A stretch of 64,000 nucleotides of DNA from an uncultured Spirochaetota bacterium (GCA_963734495.1 CAVTHK010000013.1:352001-416000), one strand, 5' to 3'; counted from the stretch's first letter, positions 1 to 12,871 are shown. Notes: generated from the letters alone by a model not told the origin. Program-made: numbers and translations.

Positions 1-28
1 CGACCCGCCGAGCCCTGCCGGCGGTCGA

Positions 29-58
29 TTGACCTGCCTTCGCGCCGCGCCGTATCTT
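29..58 (+). promoter_or_regulatory. putative sigma70 promoter of uvrA (likely leaderless or near-leaderless)
   Basis: TTGACC (29-34), 18 nt spacer, TATCTT (53-58); ATG at 64 with no Shine-Dalgarno. Confidence 0.5.
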
Positions 59-63
59 GATCG

Positions 64-3000
64 ATGTCTCCGATGAGCCCCGCCGAGCGCGTCCGCACCC
101 CAACACCCAGGAAACGAGCGCTCCGAGCGCCAGCCGCAGCCCGGGGCGTGGTCCGGGGAGCAGCCCGGGCGGCGGTCCGGGCAGGCTCCCGCGACCAGTT
201 CATCGTCGTCGAAGGCGCCCGCCAGAACAACCTGAAGGGCTTCGACCTGCGCCTTCCGCTCGGCAAGCTCATCGTCGTCACGGGCGTGAGCGGCAGCGGC
301 AAGTCCTCGCTCGCCTTCGACACGATCTACTCCGAGGGCCAGCGCCGCTACGTCGAGACCTTTTCCGCGTACACGCGCCAGTTCCTCGACCGCATGGACA
401 AGCCGAAGGTCGACCGCATCGACGGCATCCCCCCGGCGATCGCGATCGACCAGACCAACCCCGTGCGCACGTCGCGCTCCACGGTCGGCACGATGACCGA
501 GCTCAACGACCACCTCAAGCTGCTCTACGCCCGCGCCGCCCGCCTGGTCTGCGGCCGCTGCGGCCGCGCCGTGCAGCGCGACAACCCGGACAGCATCTTC
601 CGCTCGATCGAGTCCGCCCTCGCCGGCGCAGCGCGCCGTCATCACGTTCCCGGTGCGCGTCCCCGAGAACTTCACCGAGGAGGAGGTGCTGGGCTTTCTC
701 GCGGCCCAGGGCTACCGGCGCATCCATTCCCGGTCCGGATCGCTCCTGGAGGTCGCCCAGGACCGCGTGGTCGTCGACCGGGAAAGCCGGTCGCGGATCG
801 TCGAGGACCTCGAGGCCGCGCTCGCGCACGGGGCCGGCAGGGTCAACGTGTACCCGGCCGACGGGGCGGAGCCGGCGCGCCGCTCCGCTTCTCCGCCGAC
901 CTGCACTGCCCGGACTGCGACATCCACTACCGCGACCCGGTGCCCGAACCTCTTCTCCTTCAACTCGCCGATCGGCGCCTGCGAGACCTGCCGGGGCTTC
1001 GGCCGCACGATCGGCATCGACTACGGCCTCGTCGTCCCCGACCCGACCAGGACGCTCGCGGAGGGCGCGATCCGCCCGTGGCAGACCGAGAGCTACGGCG
1101 AGTGCCAGGACGACCTGATGAGCTTCGCGCGCCGCAGGCGGAGTGCCGACCGACGTTCCCTGGCGCGAAGCTGAGCGAGGCGCACAGGAAGTGGGTGCTC
1201 GACGGCGAGGGCCGCTACGAGGACGGAAAGTGGTACGGGGTGCGCCGCTTCTTCGAGTGGCTCGAGACGAAGAGCTACAAGATGCACATCCGCGTGCTGC
1301 TCTCGCAAGTACCGGGCCTACCAGCTCCTGCCCGACCTGCGGCGGGGCGCGGCTCAAGCCCGAGGCCCTGCTGTGGCGGCTGGGGCCGGGGCAGGGCCTT
1401 TCGATCCACGACGTGATGCTGCTGCCGATCGACCGGTGCGCGGAGCTCTTCGGATCGCTCGAGCTGCCCGCGCCGCTCGACGAGGCAACGGCCGTGCTGC
1501 TCGGCGAGATCCGCACGCGGCTCGCGTATCTCGTCGACGTCGGCCTCGGCTACCTCACCCTCGACCGGCAGTCGCGCACCCTGAGCGGCGGCGAGGTGCA
1601 GCGCATCAACCTGACGACCGCGCTCGGCACCTCGCTCGTGAACGCTCTGTTCGTGCTCGACGAGCCGAGCATCGGGCTGCACTCGCGCGACATCCGCCGG
1701 CTGATCGGCGTGCTGCACCGGCTGCGCGACGCGGGCAACACGCTCCTCGTGGTCGAGCACGACCCCGAGGTGATCCGCGCGGCGGACCTCGTGCTCGACA
1801 TGGGGCCCGGCCCGGGCGAGCGCGGCGGCGAGATCGTGTTCCTCGGCGACCACCGGGCGCTGCTGCGCGCGAAAGGGTCGCTCACCGCGGACTACCTCGC
1901 GGGCCGCAGGCGCGTCGGCACGGGCCGCGCGGACGAGGGCGAGGGCGGCGGCGCCGGCGGGTCCGGGCAGGCGCGCGGCGGCGAGGCGCTGGAGATCGTC
2001 GGCGCGCGCGAGCACAACCTGCGCGGACGTCGACGTGCGCATCCCGCTGCACGCGCCTGGTCTGCATCTCGGGGGTCAGCGGCTCCGGCAAGTCGACGCT
2101 GATCCAGGACGTCCTCTACAACGGCCTCCGAAAGCTCAAGCACCGCCCGGTCGAGCAGCCCGGCGCGCACCGCGAGCTGCGCGGCGCAGACCTCGTGCGA
2201 GGACGTCGTCCTCGTCGACCAGTCGCCGATCGGGCGCACCACGCGGTCCAACGCGGCCAGCTACGTGGGCGCGTTCGACGAGATCCGCAAGCTCTTCGCC
2301 GCGGAGCCGCTGGCGCGCGAGCGCGGGTACACGGCCGGCACGTTCTCCTTCAACACGGGCGACGGCCGCTGCCCGACCTGCGGCGGCAACGGGTTCGAGC
2401 ACCTGGAGATGCAGTTCCTGAGCGACGTCTACCTGCGCTGCCCCGACTGCGACGGCCGCCGCTACCGCCCCGACGTGCTCGACGTGCAAGCTCGCTGGCG
2501 CCGGACGCCGCCGGGCTGCGGCAGCGAAGCGCGCCGCGCGCGCCGCGTCGATCGCCGACGTGCTCGACATGACCGTGGCCGAGGCGTGCGCGTTCTTCGC
2601 GGCCGAGCCGAGGATCGTCGCCGCGCTCGAGCCCCTGCGCGCCGTCGGCCTCGACTACCTCACGCTCGGCCAGCCCGCGACCAGCCTGAGCGGCGGCGAA
2701 GCGCAGCGCCTGAAGCTTGCCGGCTTTCTCGCCGAGGCCTCGATCCGCAGGGCCGGCCGCGGCGGCGCGGCCAGGACCGACCGCGGCACGCTCTTCCTCT
2801 TCGACGAGCCGACCACCGGGCTCCACTTCGACGACATCGCCACCCTGCTCGGCGCGCTGCGGGAGCTGATCCGGCGCGGGGCACTCGGTCGTCGTCATCG
2901 AGCACAACCTCGACGTGATCGCGGCCGCGGACTGGGTCGTCGACCTCGGCCCTGAGGGCGGCGATGCCGGCGGCGCGGTCGTGTGCGCCGGCACGCCGCG

Positions 3001-5883
3001 CGAGGTCGCCGCGGTCGCAGGCGAGCCACACCGGCGAGGCGCTGCGCCGGTACGCTGCCGCGCTCGCGTCGCCCGGCGGCGCGGCTGCGGCGGCCGGCCG
3101 GCCGGCGCGGCAGCGGCGACTGGCGCGCCGCCCGAGGCGGCGGCCCGGGCCGCGGCGCGCGCGCGCGAGCACGACCACTCGATCGTGATCCGCCACGCCC
3201 GCGAGCACAACCTCAAGAACATCGACGTGCGCATCCCGCGCGACACCTTCACCGTGATCACCGGCGTGAGCGGCAGCGGGAAGAGCACGCTCGCCTTCGA
3301 CATCCTCTTCGCCGAAGGCCAGCGCCGCTACCTCGAGTCGCTGAACGCCTACGCGCGGCAGTTCGTGCAGCCCGCCTCGCGGCCCGACGTCGACGGCATC
3401 CTCGGCGTTCCGCCGACGGTGGCCATCGAGCAGCGCACGAGCCGCGGCGGCCGCAAGAGCACGGTCGCGACCGTGACCGAGATCTACCATTTCCTCCGAC
3501 TGCTCTTCGTCAAGCTCGGCACGCAGCACTGCCCGGACTGCCAGCGTCCCGATCGAGCCGCAGAGCCGCGAGGCGATCCTCTCCCGCATCCTCGAGCGCT
3601 ACGCGGGACGCACGGTCACCCTGCTCGCGCCCCTCGTCGTCGCGCGCAAGGGCTACTACACGGACCTCGCGCGCTGGGCCGCGGGCCGCGGCTTCGCGCA
3701 CCTGCGGGTCGACGGGCGGCTCCAGCCCACCGAGCCGCTGGCCCCGCCTGGACCGCTACATCGAGCACAACATCGAGCTTCCCGTGGCCGACGCTCGCGG
3801 TGTCGCGCGGCGGCGCGAGGGAGCTCGCGCGAGGCGGTCGACCTCGCGCTCGACCTCGGCAAGGGCGTCGTCTACGTCCTCGTCGAGGAGGGCAAGGTGA
3901 AGGGCAGCGGCGGCGCGCCGCCGCGCGCGCGGCGAAAGGGGCCGCGGCGGCGCCCGTGGTCTTCTCCACGAAGCGCGCCTGCCCGAGCTGCGGCCGCAGC
4001 TTCGAGGAGCTCGACCCGAGGCTCTTCTCCTTCAACTCGAAGCACGGGTGGTGCCCGACCTGCTACGGGACCGGGCTCGCAGATGCGCGGCTTCGACGCC
4101 GAGCAGACCGGCGAGGAGATCTGGTGGAACCAGTGGTGGGAGGGCGACGAGCGGCCCTGCCCCGCCTGCGCCGGCGAGCGCCTCCGGCCCGAGGCGCTCG
4201 CGGTGACGTTCCATGGCCGCAACATCTCGAAGCTCACCGCGCTCTCGGTCGAGCAGGCGCGCGCGTTCCTCGACGCGCTGGCCCTCGCGGGCCGCGAGGC
4301 CGAGATCGCGCGCGACATCGTGGCCGAGCTCCGCTCGCGCCTCGAGTTCCTCTCGCGAGGTGGGGCTCCCCTACCTCTCGCTCGACCGCGCCGCGCCCAG
4401 CCTGAGCGGGGGCGAGGCGCAGCGCATCCGGCTCGCCTCGCAGCTCGGCTCGAACCTGCGCGGGGTCTGCTACATCCTCGACGAGCCGACGATCGGGCTG
4501 CACGCCCGCGACAACCGCATGCTGCTCGACACGCTGCGCAGGCTCAAGGACAAGGGCAACACGGTCGTCGTGGTCGAGCACGACGAGGAGACCATCCGCG
4601 AGGCCGAGCACGTGATCGACCTGGGCCCCGGCGGCGGCGCCGGCGGCGGCCGCCTCGTGTTCGCCGGGCCGGTGAGCCGGCTGCTGGCGCCGCGGACCGC
4701 GCGCAGCTCGCAGACGGCGCCGTTCCTGTCCGACCCGCTGCGGCACCCGCTGCGCGGACCCGCGCGCCGCGGCGCGGCCGAGCGCAGCCTGCGGCTCCGC
4801 GGGCGCGAAGCTGCACAACCTCAAGGCTCTCGACGTCGCCATCCCCCTCGGCCGCCTGGTGTGCGTGACCGGGGTCAGCGGCAGCGGCAAGAGCACGCTC
4901 GTGCGCGAGGTGCTGTACGAGAACCTCAAGGCCGCGCTGTCACGGCGCCGGCGCGGCACCGGAGCCCCCGCGCCGCGGAGCCGCCCCATGGCTGCGACGC
5001 CCTCGAGGGCTGGGAGGCGCTCGGCCGCGCGCTCGAGGTCGACCAGACGCCGATCGGAAAGACGCCGCGCTCCTGCCCCGCCACCTACGTCGGCTTCTGG
5101 GACGACGTGCGCCGGCTGTTCGCCGAGGTCGCCCGACGCGAAGATGCGCGGCTACACGGCGAGCCGCTTCTCCTTCAACGTGAGCGGCGGCCGCTGCGAG
5201 GAGTGCGAGGGGCAGGGGCTCAAGCGCATCGAGATGAGCTTCCTCCCCGACGTGACGCGTGCGTCTGCGAGGCGTGCGGCGGGACGGCGCTTCAACGAGG
5301 AGACGCTGGCGATCCGCTTCCGCGACCGCACCATCGCCGACGTGCTTGCGATGAGCGTCGACGAGGCGGCGGACTTCTTCAGCTTCCATCCGAGGATCCA
5401 CCACAGCCTCAAGCTGCTGCGGGACGTCGGCCTCGGCTACCTCTCGCTCGGGCCAGCAGAGCCCGACGCTGAGCGGCGGGCGAGGCGCAGCGGATCAAGC
5501 TGGTCACGGAGCTGGCCAAGGCGCGGCCGGGGAGCGCGGCGCCGCGGGGACGGGGCGCCGGGCGGGGCGCAACGGCGGCGGCACGCGGCGCCTGCCTCTA
5601 CGTGCTCGACGAGCCGACGATCGGGCTGCACATGGCGGACGTCGAGCGCCTGATCCGGGTGCTGCACCGGCTCGTGGACGCGGGCAACACGGTCGTGATC
5701 ATCGAGCACAACCTCGACGTGATCGCCGAGGCGGACTGGATCATCGACCTCGGACCCGAGGGCGGCGACGCGGGCGGCCGCGTCGTGGCCGAGGGCACGC
5801 CCGAGGAGGTGGCGCGGGCGCGCAAGGGCTCGCACACCGCGCGTTTCCTCAAAGGCTTTCTGGCCGAGCGCGGCCGCGCCTGA
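64..5883 (+). CDS. uvrA: excinuclease ABC subunit A, double-length (tandemly fused) UvrA; multiple apparent frameshifts
   Basis: Four Walker A motifs GVSGSGKS(S/T) at about 283, 2072, 3263 and 4871; four LSGGE signatures; DEP(S/T)(I/T)GLH Walker B motifs; [15 protein letters not shown] motifs; CxxC zinc fingers; pieces spread over several + strand ORFs. Confidence 0.93.
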
Positions 5884-5901
5884 GAGCCCCGTGCCGCGCC
5901 C

Positions 5902-6294
5902 TCAGTTCGTCGGTTCCACCAGGAAGCTGGCCGAAGTTGTCGGGGAGACGGCCAGCTGCTCGTTATAGGCCTTTTGCCTGCCGTCGACTTCGATCGCCAC
6001 CTGGAGATCCGTCAGGAACAGCGGGTCCGGGATCGTGACCTGGGCCTGGACGAAGGCGAGGAAGGGCTGGCTCTTGCTTACAGTCACCGGGAACGTGGTC
6101 TGGAAATTGCCGGTCTGCGTCACGATCACGGTGTCGCCATTCTCATTCGTGTAGGTGATCTTCACCTGCGCGAAAGACGCGTTGAGGTCGACGAGGTAAG
6201 TGACGTCCTTGGTCCAATCACCCACAAGCAGGATGCACCCGCTCAGGCTCGCCAGCATCAGCAAGAGAACGCCGGCAATCAGGATCCGTTTCAT
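5902..6294 (-). CDS. hypothetical lipoprotein
   Basis: 130 aa ORF, signal MKRILIAGVLLLMLASLSG-C with lipobox; GGGAGG RBS. Confidence 0.75.
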   Translation of the reverse strand: MKRILIAGVLLLMLASLSGCILLVGDWTKDVTYLVDLNASFAQVKITYTNENGDTVIVTQTGNFQTTFPVTVSKSQPFLAFVQAQVTIPDPLFLTDLQVAIEVDGRQKAYNEQLAVSPTTSASFLVEPTN

Positions 6295-6433
6295 TGTTCC
6301 TCCCGTCTATACAACACAATAGCCCATCCGCAGCGTCACCTCAGCCGCCCGGGGCGCCTCCGGCGGCGCCGCATTCTCACTGTACACAGCCCGCCCATCG
6401 CGTGCTACCATCGCGCCAGCCAAGGAGGACAGC

Positions 6434-6997
6434 ATGGTCAAGGGAAAGAAGATCGCCGCCATCATCACGGACACGTTCCACAACACGGAGCTCACCGACC
6501 CGCAGAAGGCACTGGAGAAGGCGGGAGCGAAAGTGGTCGTCATCGGCGTCGAGGAGAGGCAGAAGAAGGAAGGCGTGCTCGACCACGTGACGGGACGGCT
6601 TCCCGACAGCATGAAGCCCCCCGTCAAAGACAGGCAGCAGATCGCCATGACGATCGACGAGGCGAACGCGGCGGACTTTGACGGGCTGCTGCTCGCGGGC
6701 GGGGGGTCGCCGGAAAAGCTCCGCGGCTACCCGAAGGTCGTGAGCTTCGTGCAGGACGTCTTCTGCCAGAAGAAGCCCATCGCCGCGATCTGCCACGGCC
6801 CGATGATCATGATCAGCGCCGGCGTCGTCAAGGGCAAGGCGATGACCTGCGTGCCGAGCATCGGGATCGACCTGGCCAACGCGGGCGCGATCTACATGGA
6901 CCGGCCGCTCGTGGTCGACGGCAACATCGCGACCTCGCGCACGCCCAAGGACATGGACCAGTTCATCGCCGGCGCCCTCGAGGTCTTCGGGAAGTAG
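6434..6997 (+). CDS. DJ-1/PfpI family (type 1 glutamine amidotransferase-like) protein
   Basis: FDGLLLAGG, PIAAICHGP nucleophile elbow, VVDGNIATSRTPKD; AAGGAGG RBS and TGcTACCAT extended -10 upstream. Confidence 0.9.
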   Translation: MVKGKKIAAIITDTFHNTELTDPQKALEKAGAKVVVIGVEERQKKEGVLDHVTGRLPDSMKPPVKDRQQIAMTIDEANAADFDGLLLAGGGSPEKLRGYPKVVSFVQDVFCQKKPIAAICHGPMIMISAGVVKGKAMTCVPSIGIDLANAGAIYMDRPLVVDGNIATSRTPKDMDQFIAGALEVFGK

Positions 6998-7007
6998 GAG
7001 AAGGACA

Positions 7008-8056
7008 GTGAAGGTCACCGACATCATCGTCACGCCGCGCGAGCGCAAGAGGACGCAGCGGCGCGGTCTCGGACGCCCTGCAGGTGCTCGACGCTCCCGG
7101 GGACGTCGAGGTCACGGTGCGCACGGACGACGGCATCGAGGGGCACGGCGACTCCTCGTTCGGCCGGGTCGCGGGGGCTCCGCGCGCGCTCGCCGCCCTC
7201 ATCGAGAACGAGCTCAAGCCGCTCGTGCTCGGCACGGACCCCGCGTTCGTGCGCCGCACGCACGCGGCGATGCTCCGCGAGACCGAGTACCACGGCTCTT
7301 TCGGGCTCACGATGTTCGGGATCGCGGCGCTCGACACGGCCCTCTGGGACTGCCTCGGCCGCGCGCGCGGCGTCCCGTGCTGGCAGATGTGGGGCGCGTG
7401 CCGGGAGACGGTGCCCGCGTACGCGATGGTGGGCTGGCTCAACTACGGCGACGACGAGGTGCAGAAGATCTGCGCCAAAGCGGTGTCGCAGGGCTTCCGC
7501 GGCGTCAAGATCAAGGTCGGGTACCCGACGCTCGCGCAGGACCTCCACCGCATCGACGATCGTGCGGGAGGCGGTCGGTCCGGACGTCCGCATGATGGTC
7601 GACGCGAACCAGGTGCTGACGGTCTCGGAGGCTCTCCGGCGCGGCCGCGCGTTCCAGGAGCTGGGGATCTTCTGGTGGGAGGAGCCGCTGCCGGCCGACG
7701 ACATCGACGGCTACGCGGCGCTGGCCGCCGGGCTCGACATCCCGGTCGCGACGGGCGAGAACCTGTACACGCCCGCCGACTTTGCGCGCTTCCTCCGCCG
7801 CGACGCGGTGGACATCGTGCAGCCGGACCTGCGGCGCGGCGGCGGCCCCACGGCGCTGCTGGAGATCGGCATGCTGGCCGACGCCTTCCGCAGGCCTTAC
7901 GCCTCGCACGGCGGCGGGCCGGTTCAGCTTTCGATCATGGCCTCGCTGCCCAACGCCTTCTACCTCGAGACAGGCATGATCGAATCGGGCTCGCGGCTCG
8001 AGCTCGTCGACGGGTGCGCAAAGCTGCCCCGCGGGGCGGGGTTCTCCTGGGAGTAG
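7008..8056 (+). CDS. mandelate racemase/muconate lactonizing (enolase superfamily) enzyme; frameshifted
   Basis: IAALDTALWD, KIKVG, MVDANQ, WWEEPL, ATGEN, DIVQPD motifs across three frames. Confidence 0.88.
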
Positions 8057-8105
8057 CCGGGCGCGGCGCTACTTCGCGCCCTGCCTGGCGGCGGGCTCCC
8101 CGGCG

Positions 8106-9312
8106 CTACCGCGCCGGGCTCTCGGGGAGCCACCCCCACGGGTGCGGGCCCCAGGCAGGCGCGATCGGGTGGCCGGCGCTCACCGCGAGCGCCGGCACGA
8201 TCGCCCGATCGCCTTTCTCCTTGCGGCCAAAGGAGTCGGCAAAGAGCCACTCGCCTTCGACGAGCTCGAGCACCGAGATGTCGGCATCCCGGCCGGGCGC
8301 GAGCGCGCCGAGGCTCGACGACATCCCCATCACGCGCGCAGGTCCCGCCGTCGTCCTCTCGATCACGTCCGGGAGGCTCATGCCGAGCATCAGGAACTTG
8401 GACATGCACTCGGTCAGGCTGTAGACGATGTCGCCTCGGCCGCCGACCGTGAGGTCCGAGCTGATCACGTCGGTGACGATGCCCTGATCGTGCAGGCGGC
8501 GCGCCGTCTCGAAGCTCAGGTTGCGACGCCCGTGCGCCGCATCGAAGACGATGCCTCGCTCGCGCGCGGCACGCAGCTCCGGCAGCACCCTCCCCTGCTC
8601 GTCGAGCATGTCCCCCGGGTTGGCCGTGTAGATGTGCGTGACGATGTCGCCGGGCGCCATCAGGTCGAGCATCTGCCGCGTCACCCGCTCGGCCGGCTCG
8701 GGGCTCGGCGGCATCGTCGTGTCGCCGATGTGCACCATGAGGGCGGTGCCGGATTCCCGCGCGGCCCGGACCGAGGCGCGCGACCAGGTCCAGCCCCATA
8801 GCGTGCACGCCGGGGCTCACCAGGCGGAGCTTTACGCCCAGCAGGCAGCTGCGCCGGGCCGCGATCGTCTCCGCCGCGGCCTCCGCGTCGACCGTGACGC
8901 GGTCGTACAGCTCCGGCAGGAGCACCTGGCCCGTGCGGCAGATGTGGAGGTAGGCGAGCGTCCGCGTGCGGGCGCGCGGGATCGCGCGGAGCAGCACGCC
9001 GAGCGTGTTGGCCCCGGTGCTGCCGCCGTCCACGACCGTGGTCACGCCCGCGAGCACCCCTGCCGCGTCCGGCTCCACGTGGGCCTCCGTGAGCCCGGGC
9101 ACGCCGAGGCCCGCGGCCACGTGAGCGTGCATGTCGATGAGGCCCGGCGTCACCAGCTTTCCGCGGACGTCGATGACCCGCTTCGCCTCGCGATCCGGGA
9201 TTCCGGCCTCGAGGGCCGCGATGCGCCCCGCGGCGACCGCGACGTCGAGGGGTCCGTCGAGGCCCTGTCCGGGGTCGAGGACGCGGCCGCCCTTGAGCAA
9301 CAGATCGTACAC
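8106..9312 (-). CDS. amidohydrolase/deacetylase family metallohydrolase (dihydroorotase-like); frameshifted
   Basis: YDLLLKGGRVLDP, PGLIDMHAH, GVTTVVDGGSTG, MVHIG, DAAHG, ISSD; GTG start at 9312 with GAGGAGG RBS. Confidence 0.85.
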
Positions 9313-9359
9313 CTTGTCCTCCTCGCATCCGGGCACACCCGCCGCATCCGCGCGCACCG

Positions 9360-10802
9360 TTACGGCGTTATCGTGACACGGATGCGGGTTTCGCGAGCCT
9401 CGACCCGGCACAGGACCCCGTAGGCGAGGCTCGCCGCCAGGCGGATCACAGCGGTGACCAGGAACGCCTCCTGGAACCCCATCCAGCCGAGCAGCGCCAC
9501 GCCCAGCAGCGGAGCGATGATCGAGGACACCGTGACCGCCGTGTTGAAGTACGCGATGTAAGAGGTCCTGTGCCGCTCCGGGACCACGTCGAGCAGCGAG
9601 TTGAACAGCGCGATGTTGACCCCGGCGAAGATCGCGCCGACCAGGAGATTCGAGATCGCGATTGTGTACAGCTCTTTGGAGAACACGTAGATGAGGGAGG
9701 TGAAGAAGGTCGGCAGCGTGGAGATGAACAGGGCCCGGAGGTTGCCCCAGCGCTTGATCATCCGCGTCCAGAAGCCGTAGCCGACCAGGGCGCCTCCCGT
9801 GTTCATGAGCGCGAGCAGGCTCACCCACATGTTGTTCGCGTGCAGCACCCTCACCTGGTACCAGGAGAACAGCGGCCAGGGGATTTGCAGGGCCAGGTAG
9901 TAGAAGACGGACACCGCGGTGTAGCGCACGAATCGGCGCTCGTCGAGGACCTCCCGGATACGGTCGGAGGCGCGCCGTCCGTAGCGCACGGTGTGGGACC
10001 AGAACGCCAGCAGCGGGATGCGCGGCGCCGAGCTCAGCGGTGGGAAGGGCGCGCCCAGGGGCGGGCTTGCCGGCGACTTGGGCACTGGCAGGCCGTTGGC
10101 GACCGCATCCGTGTCGCTGATCCGCTTGAAGACGACCAGCTCCACAACCGCCACGGCAAACGCGCCGACAAACGCGATCTGGTAGCCAAGGGGAAACACG
10201 GTGTGGTCGAGGAACACGCCCACCGCCACCGTGATCACGGTGCCGACCAGGCTCATGACCCGGTTGCGGGCCGCGAACGTTTCGGCTCGCCGCTCGGGGG
10301 GCACGACGCGCGATATGAAAGCCTGCCATGCGACGTTGCTGATGGCCCCGGGGAGGTTCATCAACGCCAGCAGTATGACGAACGCGGTGGGCTGCGCGGG
10401 GCCATGGAAGAACGGCACGCAGGCCAGCAGCAGATAGAAGAGCCGGTGGCCGAGCATGTAGCGCCACGTGAGCTCCTTCTTGCGGTCCGAGCGGTCGATG
10501 GTCAGCGCGCCGGGGATCATGGCCAGCAGGCTCACGATCGCGGGCGCAGAGGTCAGGAACGCCACGTGCATCTTGGTGGCGCCGATCTTCATGGCGAAGA
10601 TGGCTGCAAACGGGCCCGCCATGTTCAGCGAGGCGCTGTTGAAGAGCCCGTGCATGACAGTGAGGTGGAGGTTGCGCGCTAGGGTGGTGGCCGGGGCCGT
10701 GGGCGTCCCAGCGTCCCTCGGGCCGGGCGCCATGAAGTACGGGCGCAGCCTCGCGGGCGCCTTCTTCATGAGCTCTTTGGCTTTTTGCTTCCAGGTACTC
10801 AC
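9360..10802 (-). CDS. MFS transporter
   Basis: 480 aa intact ORF with about 12 hydrophobic segments and an MFS-like two-halves layout. Confidence 0.85.
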   Translation of the reverse strand: MSTWKQKAKELMKKAPARLRPYFMAPGPRDAGTPTAPATTLARNLHLTVMHGLFNSASLNMAGPFAAIFAMKIGATKMHVAFLTSAPAIVSLLAMIPGALTIDRSDRKKELTWRYMLGHRLFYLLLACVPFFHGPAQPTAFVILLALMNLPGAISNVAWQAFISRVVPPERRAETFAARNRVMSLVGTVITVAVGVFLDHTVFPLGYQIAFVGAFAVAVVELVVFKRISDTDAVANGLPVPKSPASPPLGAPFPPLSSAPRIPLLAFWSHTVRYGRRASDRIREVLDERRFVRYTAVSVFYYLALQIPWPLFSWYQVRVLHANNMWVSLLALMNTGGALVGYGFWTRMIKRWGNLRALFISTLPTFFTSLIYVFSKELYTIAISNLLVGAIFAGVNIALFNSLLDVVPERHRTSYIAYFNTAVTVSSIIAPLLGVALLGWMGFQEAFLVTAVIRLAASLAYGVLCRVEARETRIRVTITP

Positions 10803-10871
10803 AGGGGGGATGGAATCTTATAGGCCCGCCCCTTCGGGCGAGTCAAGGCCAAGCCCTCAGGGTCCTCAGGG

Positions 10872-10900
10872 TTGCCCGCGCGCCCCGGCGAGCGTACACT
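10872..10900 (+). promoter_or_regulatory. putative sigma70 promoter, leaderless SDR transcript
   Basis: TTGCCC (10872-77), N17, TACACT (10895-900), N7, ATG (10908). Confidence 0.55.
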
Positions 10901-10907
10901 CCCGGCC

Positions 10908-11674
10908 ATGGCTGAGATGACGGTGAGCCTGGCCGGCCGCAGGGCGCTGGTGACGGGCGCCACCAAGGGGATCGGGCGCGAGGTGGCCCTAAGGCTCGCC
11001 CGCGCGGGGTGCGATGTGGGCGTGACGGGCCGCGACGAGGCGGAGCTGCGGACGCTCGAGGCCGAGATCCGCGCGCTCGGGCGCCGCTGCTGGACGACGC
11101 GCGGCCGACCTGCGCTCGCGCGGGGAGACCCTCGCGATGGCGGAGTACTTCGCGAAGGCGATGGACCCGATCGACATCCTCGTGAACAACGCGGGGACCG
11201 CGATCACGGAGCCTCTGCTCTACCTCGAGCCGGACCACTGGGACACGGTCCTCGCGGTGAACCTGACCGCGCCGGCGCTCGTGAGCAAGGTCGTCGCCGC
11301 CGGGATGGTGCGCCACCGCAGCGGCGCGATCGTCAACGTCTCCAGCCAGGCCGGCGTGATCGGGCTGCGCCGAGCACGCGGCCTACTGCGCGAGCAAGTT
11401 CGGCCTGAACGGGCTCACCAAGGTGATGGCCATCGAGCTCGGCCCGCACAACGTGCGGGTCAACGCCGTGGCGCCGACCGTGGTGCTCACGCCGATGGGC
11501 GAGCAGGTGTGGGGCGACCCGGCCAAGGGCGACCCGATGAAGGCGAAGATCCCCCTCGGCCGGTTCGCCTACCCCTCCAACATCGCGGACGCGGTCCTGT
11601 TTCTCGCCTCGGACGCGGCTTCCATGATTCACGGCGAGGTGCTGCTGATCGACGGCGGGTACACGGCTCAGTGA
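10908..11674 (+). CDS. SDR family oxidoreductase (sugar/polyol dehydrogenase-like); frameshifted
   Basis: TGATKGIG, LVNNAG, NVSSQAG, YCASK, VNAVAPTVVLTPMG. Confidence 0.88.
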
Positions 11675-12871
11675 GCGGCGCGCACGACGGCGGTCAAGCG
11701 GAGCGCCCGCTGGGAGCCTTCCGCCTCTTCTACTTCTTCTACTACGCCGCGGGCGCCGCGCTCGCGCCGAACCTCGTGCTCCACTACCGCGCGGCGGGCC
11801 TGCCCGAAGGCATGATCGGCACTCCTCGCCGCGGTCCCGCCGCTGGTGACCCTGATCGCCGGCGACCCTGTGGAGCGGCGTCGCCGACGCGACCCGCAGC
11901 CACGGCCGCGTGCTGAGCGCTCACGATCCTCGGGGCCATGGCCTGCTCGGCGGCGGTGGGGCTGTCGAGCCGCTTCGCCGCGCTGATGATCGCGGTGACC
12001 GGCTATGCGTTCTTCCTCGCCCCGATCATCCCGCTCGCGGACGACACGGTGCTCGCGCGGCTCGGGCAGCTCCGCGGGCCGCTACGGCCGCATCCGGGTC
12101 TGGGGAGCCATCGGCTGGGGCGCGTGCGCTCCCATCGTCGGCGTGCTGAGCCAGCGCTGGGGCCTGCGGGCCGCGTTCGGCTCCTACCTGGCGCTCATGG
12201 GCGTCTGTTTCGCCCTCGCCCTCGCGATGCCGGTCACGCCGCGCGAGCGGGGGCCGGGCTACGGAACGGCGCTGCGGCAGCTCCTCTCCCGGCCGGGGTG
12301 GATCTCGTTCCTGCTGCTGCTCATGGCGGTCGGGGCGGGCCTCGCGACGGTGCACAGCTATCTCTTTCTCTACCTGAGCGACCTCGGCGCGGGCAGCGCG
12401 TTGATGGGCATTTCGCTGACCGTCGCCACCGTGAGCGAGCTCGCCGTGTTCGTGCTCTCCGAGCGCATGCTCGCGCGCCTCGGCCCGCGCGGGCTCCTGC
12501 TGCTGGCCACCGCCGCTACGGTCCTTCGCCTCGCGGCCTACTCGGTCGTCCGCACCCCGGCGCTCGTCCTCGTCGTGCAGCTCCTGCACGGGCTCTCGTT
12601 CTCCGCCACGTGGGTCGCCGCCGTCTCGTTCGCCCACAGAATGGCGCCGGCGGGCCTCGGGGCCACGGCGCAGGCCCTCGTCGGCGGGGTCATCTTTGGC
12701 GTGGCCGCGGCCGCCGGCGCCGGGCTCGGCGGCCTGCTGTACCAGGCCGGCGGCCCCTTCGCGATGTATCGGTGGGCGGCCCTGGGGCTGCTCGCGGCCC
12801 TCGCGGCGTACCTGCCGTTCAGCCGGCGGGCGGCTGCCCCTCCGCGAGGCGCCGCACGCTCTGCCGGCTGA
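11671..12871 (+). CDS. MFS transporter (MFS_1-like); frameshifted
   Basis: LFYFFYY, YGRIRVWGAIGW, VQLLHGLSF; GTGA overlap with the upstream SDR stop. Confidence 0.82.

Noticed and set aside
64..5883. Programmed ribosomal frameshifting or true pseudogenisation of uvrA and other genes
   Set aside because: Indels are numerous, lack slippery sites and leave motifs intact; best explained as sequencing error
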